DNA of 64,000 nt from Hyphomonadaceae bacterium (GTDB lineage Bacteria > Pseudomonadota > Alphaproteobacteria > Caulobacterales > Aquidulcibacteraceae). Under the pieces are notes generated by a model, which saw only the letters and a list, made by a program, of their open reading frames with translations, was not told the origin of the DNA and did not search any database. Of the stretch, positions 63,709-64,000 are shown piece by piece; positions within the stretch are counted from its first letter, which is position 1; every line of letters begins with the position of its first letter. The position numbers were made by a program, and so were the translations under genes. The DNA is taken from NCBI GenBank assembly GCA_021299265.1, contig JAJTGP010000059.1, positions 28,450 through 92,449 of the forward strand. Direction: 5' to 3'.

Positions 63709-64000
63709 GCTGCTAACCTTGTGCGTTCGCGTTGCAAGACCTCGCTCGCCAAGCGCATATAGGCTTGGCTACCCGAGCATTTGTGGTCGTAGAGAAGGGC
63801 AGGCTTGCCAAATGAGGGTGCTTCGGACACCCGAACATTGCGAGGAATGACGGTTGCATAAACCTTGTCACCCAAATGGGTGCGGACATCCATGGCTACC
63901 TGGTCGGAGAGATTGTTGCGCTGATCATACATGGTCAGCACAATGCCTTGAATCTCGAGCGCGGGATTTAGCGAGCCTTTGACCAAATCGACGGTGCGCA
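63705..64000 (-). CDS. parA: Chromosome partitioning ATPase ParA (3' part only; the 5' end lies beyond the window)
   Basis: C-terminal ParA/Soj pattern NPALEIQGIVLTMYD...VIPRNVRVSEAPSFGKPALLYD. ATGA-type overlap with parB. Confidence 0.9.
   Translation of the reverse strand, partial: RTVDLVKGSLNPALEIQGIVLTMYDQRNNLSDQVAMDVRTHLGDKVYATVIPRNVRVSEAPSFGKPALLYDHKCSGSQAYMRLASEVLQRERTRLAA

Noticed and set aside
1-64000. Looked for CRISPR arrays, IS elements or transposases, integrases, prophage genes, toxin-antitoxin pairs, restriction-modification or other known defence genes, and rRNA/tRNA genes
   Set aside because: None was recognised by eye. Apart from a handful of unknowns, all sizeable ORFs are explained by housekeeping or metabolic families. 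Small genes under 60 aa and structured RNAs cannot be excluded without computation.

Overview
By gene content and synteny this 64-kb window is core chromosome of an alphaproteobacterium, most similar in layout to Caulobacterales/Hyphomonadaceae. GC looks mid-50s percent by eye; I did not compute it. I call about 62 protein-coding genes, mostly housekeeping.

Genes in order:
- Response regulator, then a GntR/YciI pair divergent from an aconitase-like hydratase and an isocitrate-lyase-family lyase
- rho, hemJ, hemH, hemE
- A 0.45-kb AT-enriched gap
- DUF299/PDRP, maf, aroE, coaE, dnaQ, secB, a Tim44-like protein, mltA, an Smr protein
- GH13 alpha-glucosidase, dienelactone hydrolase, a ClpP paralog, rimM, rph
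- Two DAACS transporters, an orphan family-5 solute-binding protein, carA, a Kef-type antiporter
- SDR, TetR, LysE, mpl, trmD, rplS, an ABC-F ATPase
- MarR with an Acg-type nitroreductase-like protein, then rpsD, grxD
- A protein of five tandem pre-peptidase C-terminal (PPC) domains, bolA, purL
- Unknown membrane protein, bdhA, a DUF350 protein with a trypsin-like protease, trxA
- addA, addB, pyrF, ogt, ada-alkA, cpdR, a formylglutamate-amidohydrolase-family protein
- gpmA, a truncated RibD-like protein, parB, and partial parA

I found no rRNA, tRNA, CRISPR array, transposase, integrase or recognisable defence genes.

The strongest non-coding feature is a predicted Cori-type replication origin in the hemE/DUF299 gap at 11304-11752. 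I see no clear-cut novel multi-gene system. The best candidates for follow-up are:
- The signal-peptide protein of five tandem PPC domains inserted between bolA and grxD
- The DUF350 / membrane-anchored S1 protease pair
- The hydratase-lyase catabolic module
- An AT-rich island upstream of gpmA with an orphan minus-strand terminator and a CCUCCC motif (candidate sRNA)
- Several degenerate paralogs (SDR, RibD, ClpP)

All functional calls rest on motif and family recognition by eye. No database search was run.
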